The notes under the pieces: generated by a model
Databases searched by the model: none
Told to the model about the DNA's origin: nothing
Seen by the model: only the letters and a program-made list of their open reading frames with translations
Program-made: the position numbers and the translations under genes
Shown: piece after piece, positions 63,428-64,000 of the stretch
Layout: the number at the start of each line of letters is the position of its first letter
Numbering within the stretch: the first letter of the stretch is position 1
Source: Monocercomonoides exilis PA203
Taxonomy: Eukaryota; Protista; Preaxostyla
Length of the DNA: 64,000 bases
Reading direction: 5' to 3'
NCBI GenBank assembly: GCA_001643675.2
Contig: LSRY02000054.1
Location: 62,001 to 126,000, forward strand

Positions 63428-64000
63428 AACCAAAAATATTTCAAATTCGAAAAAAGTAATTCATTTTCGAAAAAGAATAACTCAAAATCGGTATTAATAA
63501 TTTAATTTCGTAATTAATAATTCGAATTCGAAAAAGAATAATTCGATTTCGGAATTAATAATTCAAAATCGAAAATTAATAATTCGATTTCGGAATTAAT
63601 AATTCAAAATCGAAAATTAATAATTCGATTTCGGAATTAATAATTCAAAATCGAAAATTAATAATTCGATTTCGGAATTAATAATTCAAAATCGAAAATT
63701 AATAATTCAATTTCGTAATTTATTAATTCGATTTCGAAAAAGAATAATTCAATTTCGAAATGAAAAATATTTTGATTTGTGGAATGAATAACTTGTGTTT
63801 TGTGTTTTGAATTCTCATTATTTTTATTTCATCAGTTCACTTTGCTTATCTATATTTGAAAAATGATGCATTTTCTTCAAATAATTTTCATTCATTTTGA
63901 TTGAAAATATTTTGTTTTGAAGTATATTTGAAAAGAAAATGAATTCATTTTTGTATTTAAAATTGATGATTTTAATATATTTACCAAAGTAAAAAAAATA
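63428..64000. mobile_element. Second copy of the CACC foldback element, truncated by window end
   Basis: It begins TA-AACCAAAAATATTTC and has an expanded 42-bp unit. The interior ~63700-64000 matches ~60650-60950. Confidence 0.88.

Overview
Eukaryotic protist DNA with AT-rich intergenic sequence, short GT-AG introns, the standard code and Ser-rich low-complexity proteins. The style strongly suggests an oxymonad such as Monocercomonoides, but that is an inference. The centre (7.9-44.3 kb) holds two intact kinase genes arranged head-to-head, 281 bp apart. One is a ~9,650-aa Greatwall/MASTL/Rim15-type AGC kinase whose catalytic domain is split by a ~1,950-aa insert; I reconstruct a 62-nt first exon and a 111-nt intron for it. 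The other is a 2,348-aa NEK kinase. Both flanks are transposon graveyards. They contain two Merlin/ISXO2 transposase pseudogenes (one absent from the ORF track), a Merlin-like element with 323-bp TIRs carrying a host gene fragment, TA-flanked MITEs, a 1.2-kb-arm near-perfect inverted repeat, and a tyrosine recombinase pseudogene split by three insertions. They also hold at least six copies of a fixed-length 240-bp palindromic element with a 4-bp target duplication and co-varying arms. All coordinates and alignments were made by eye.
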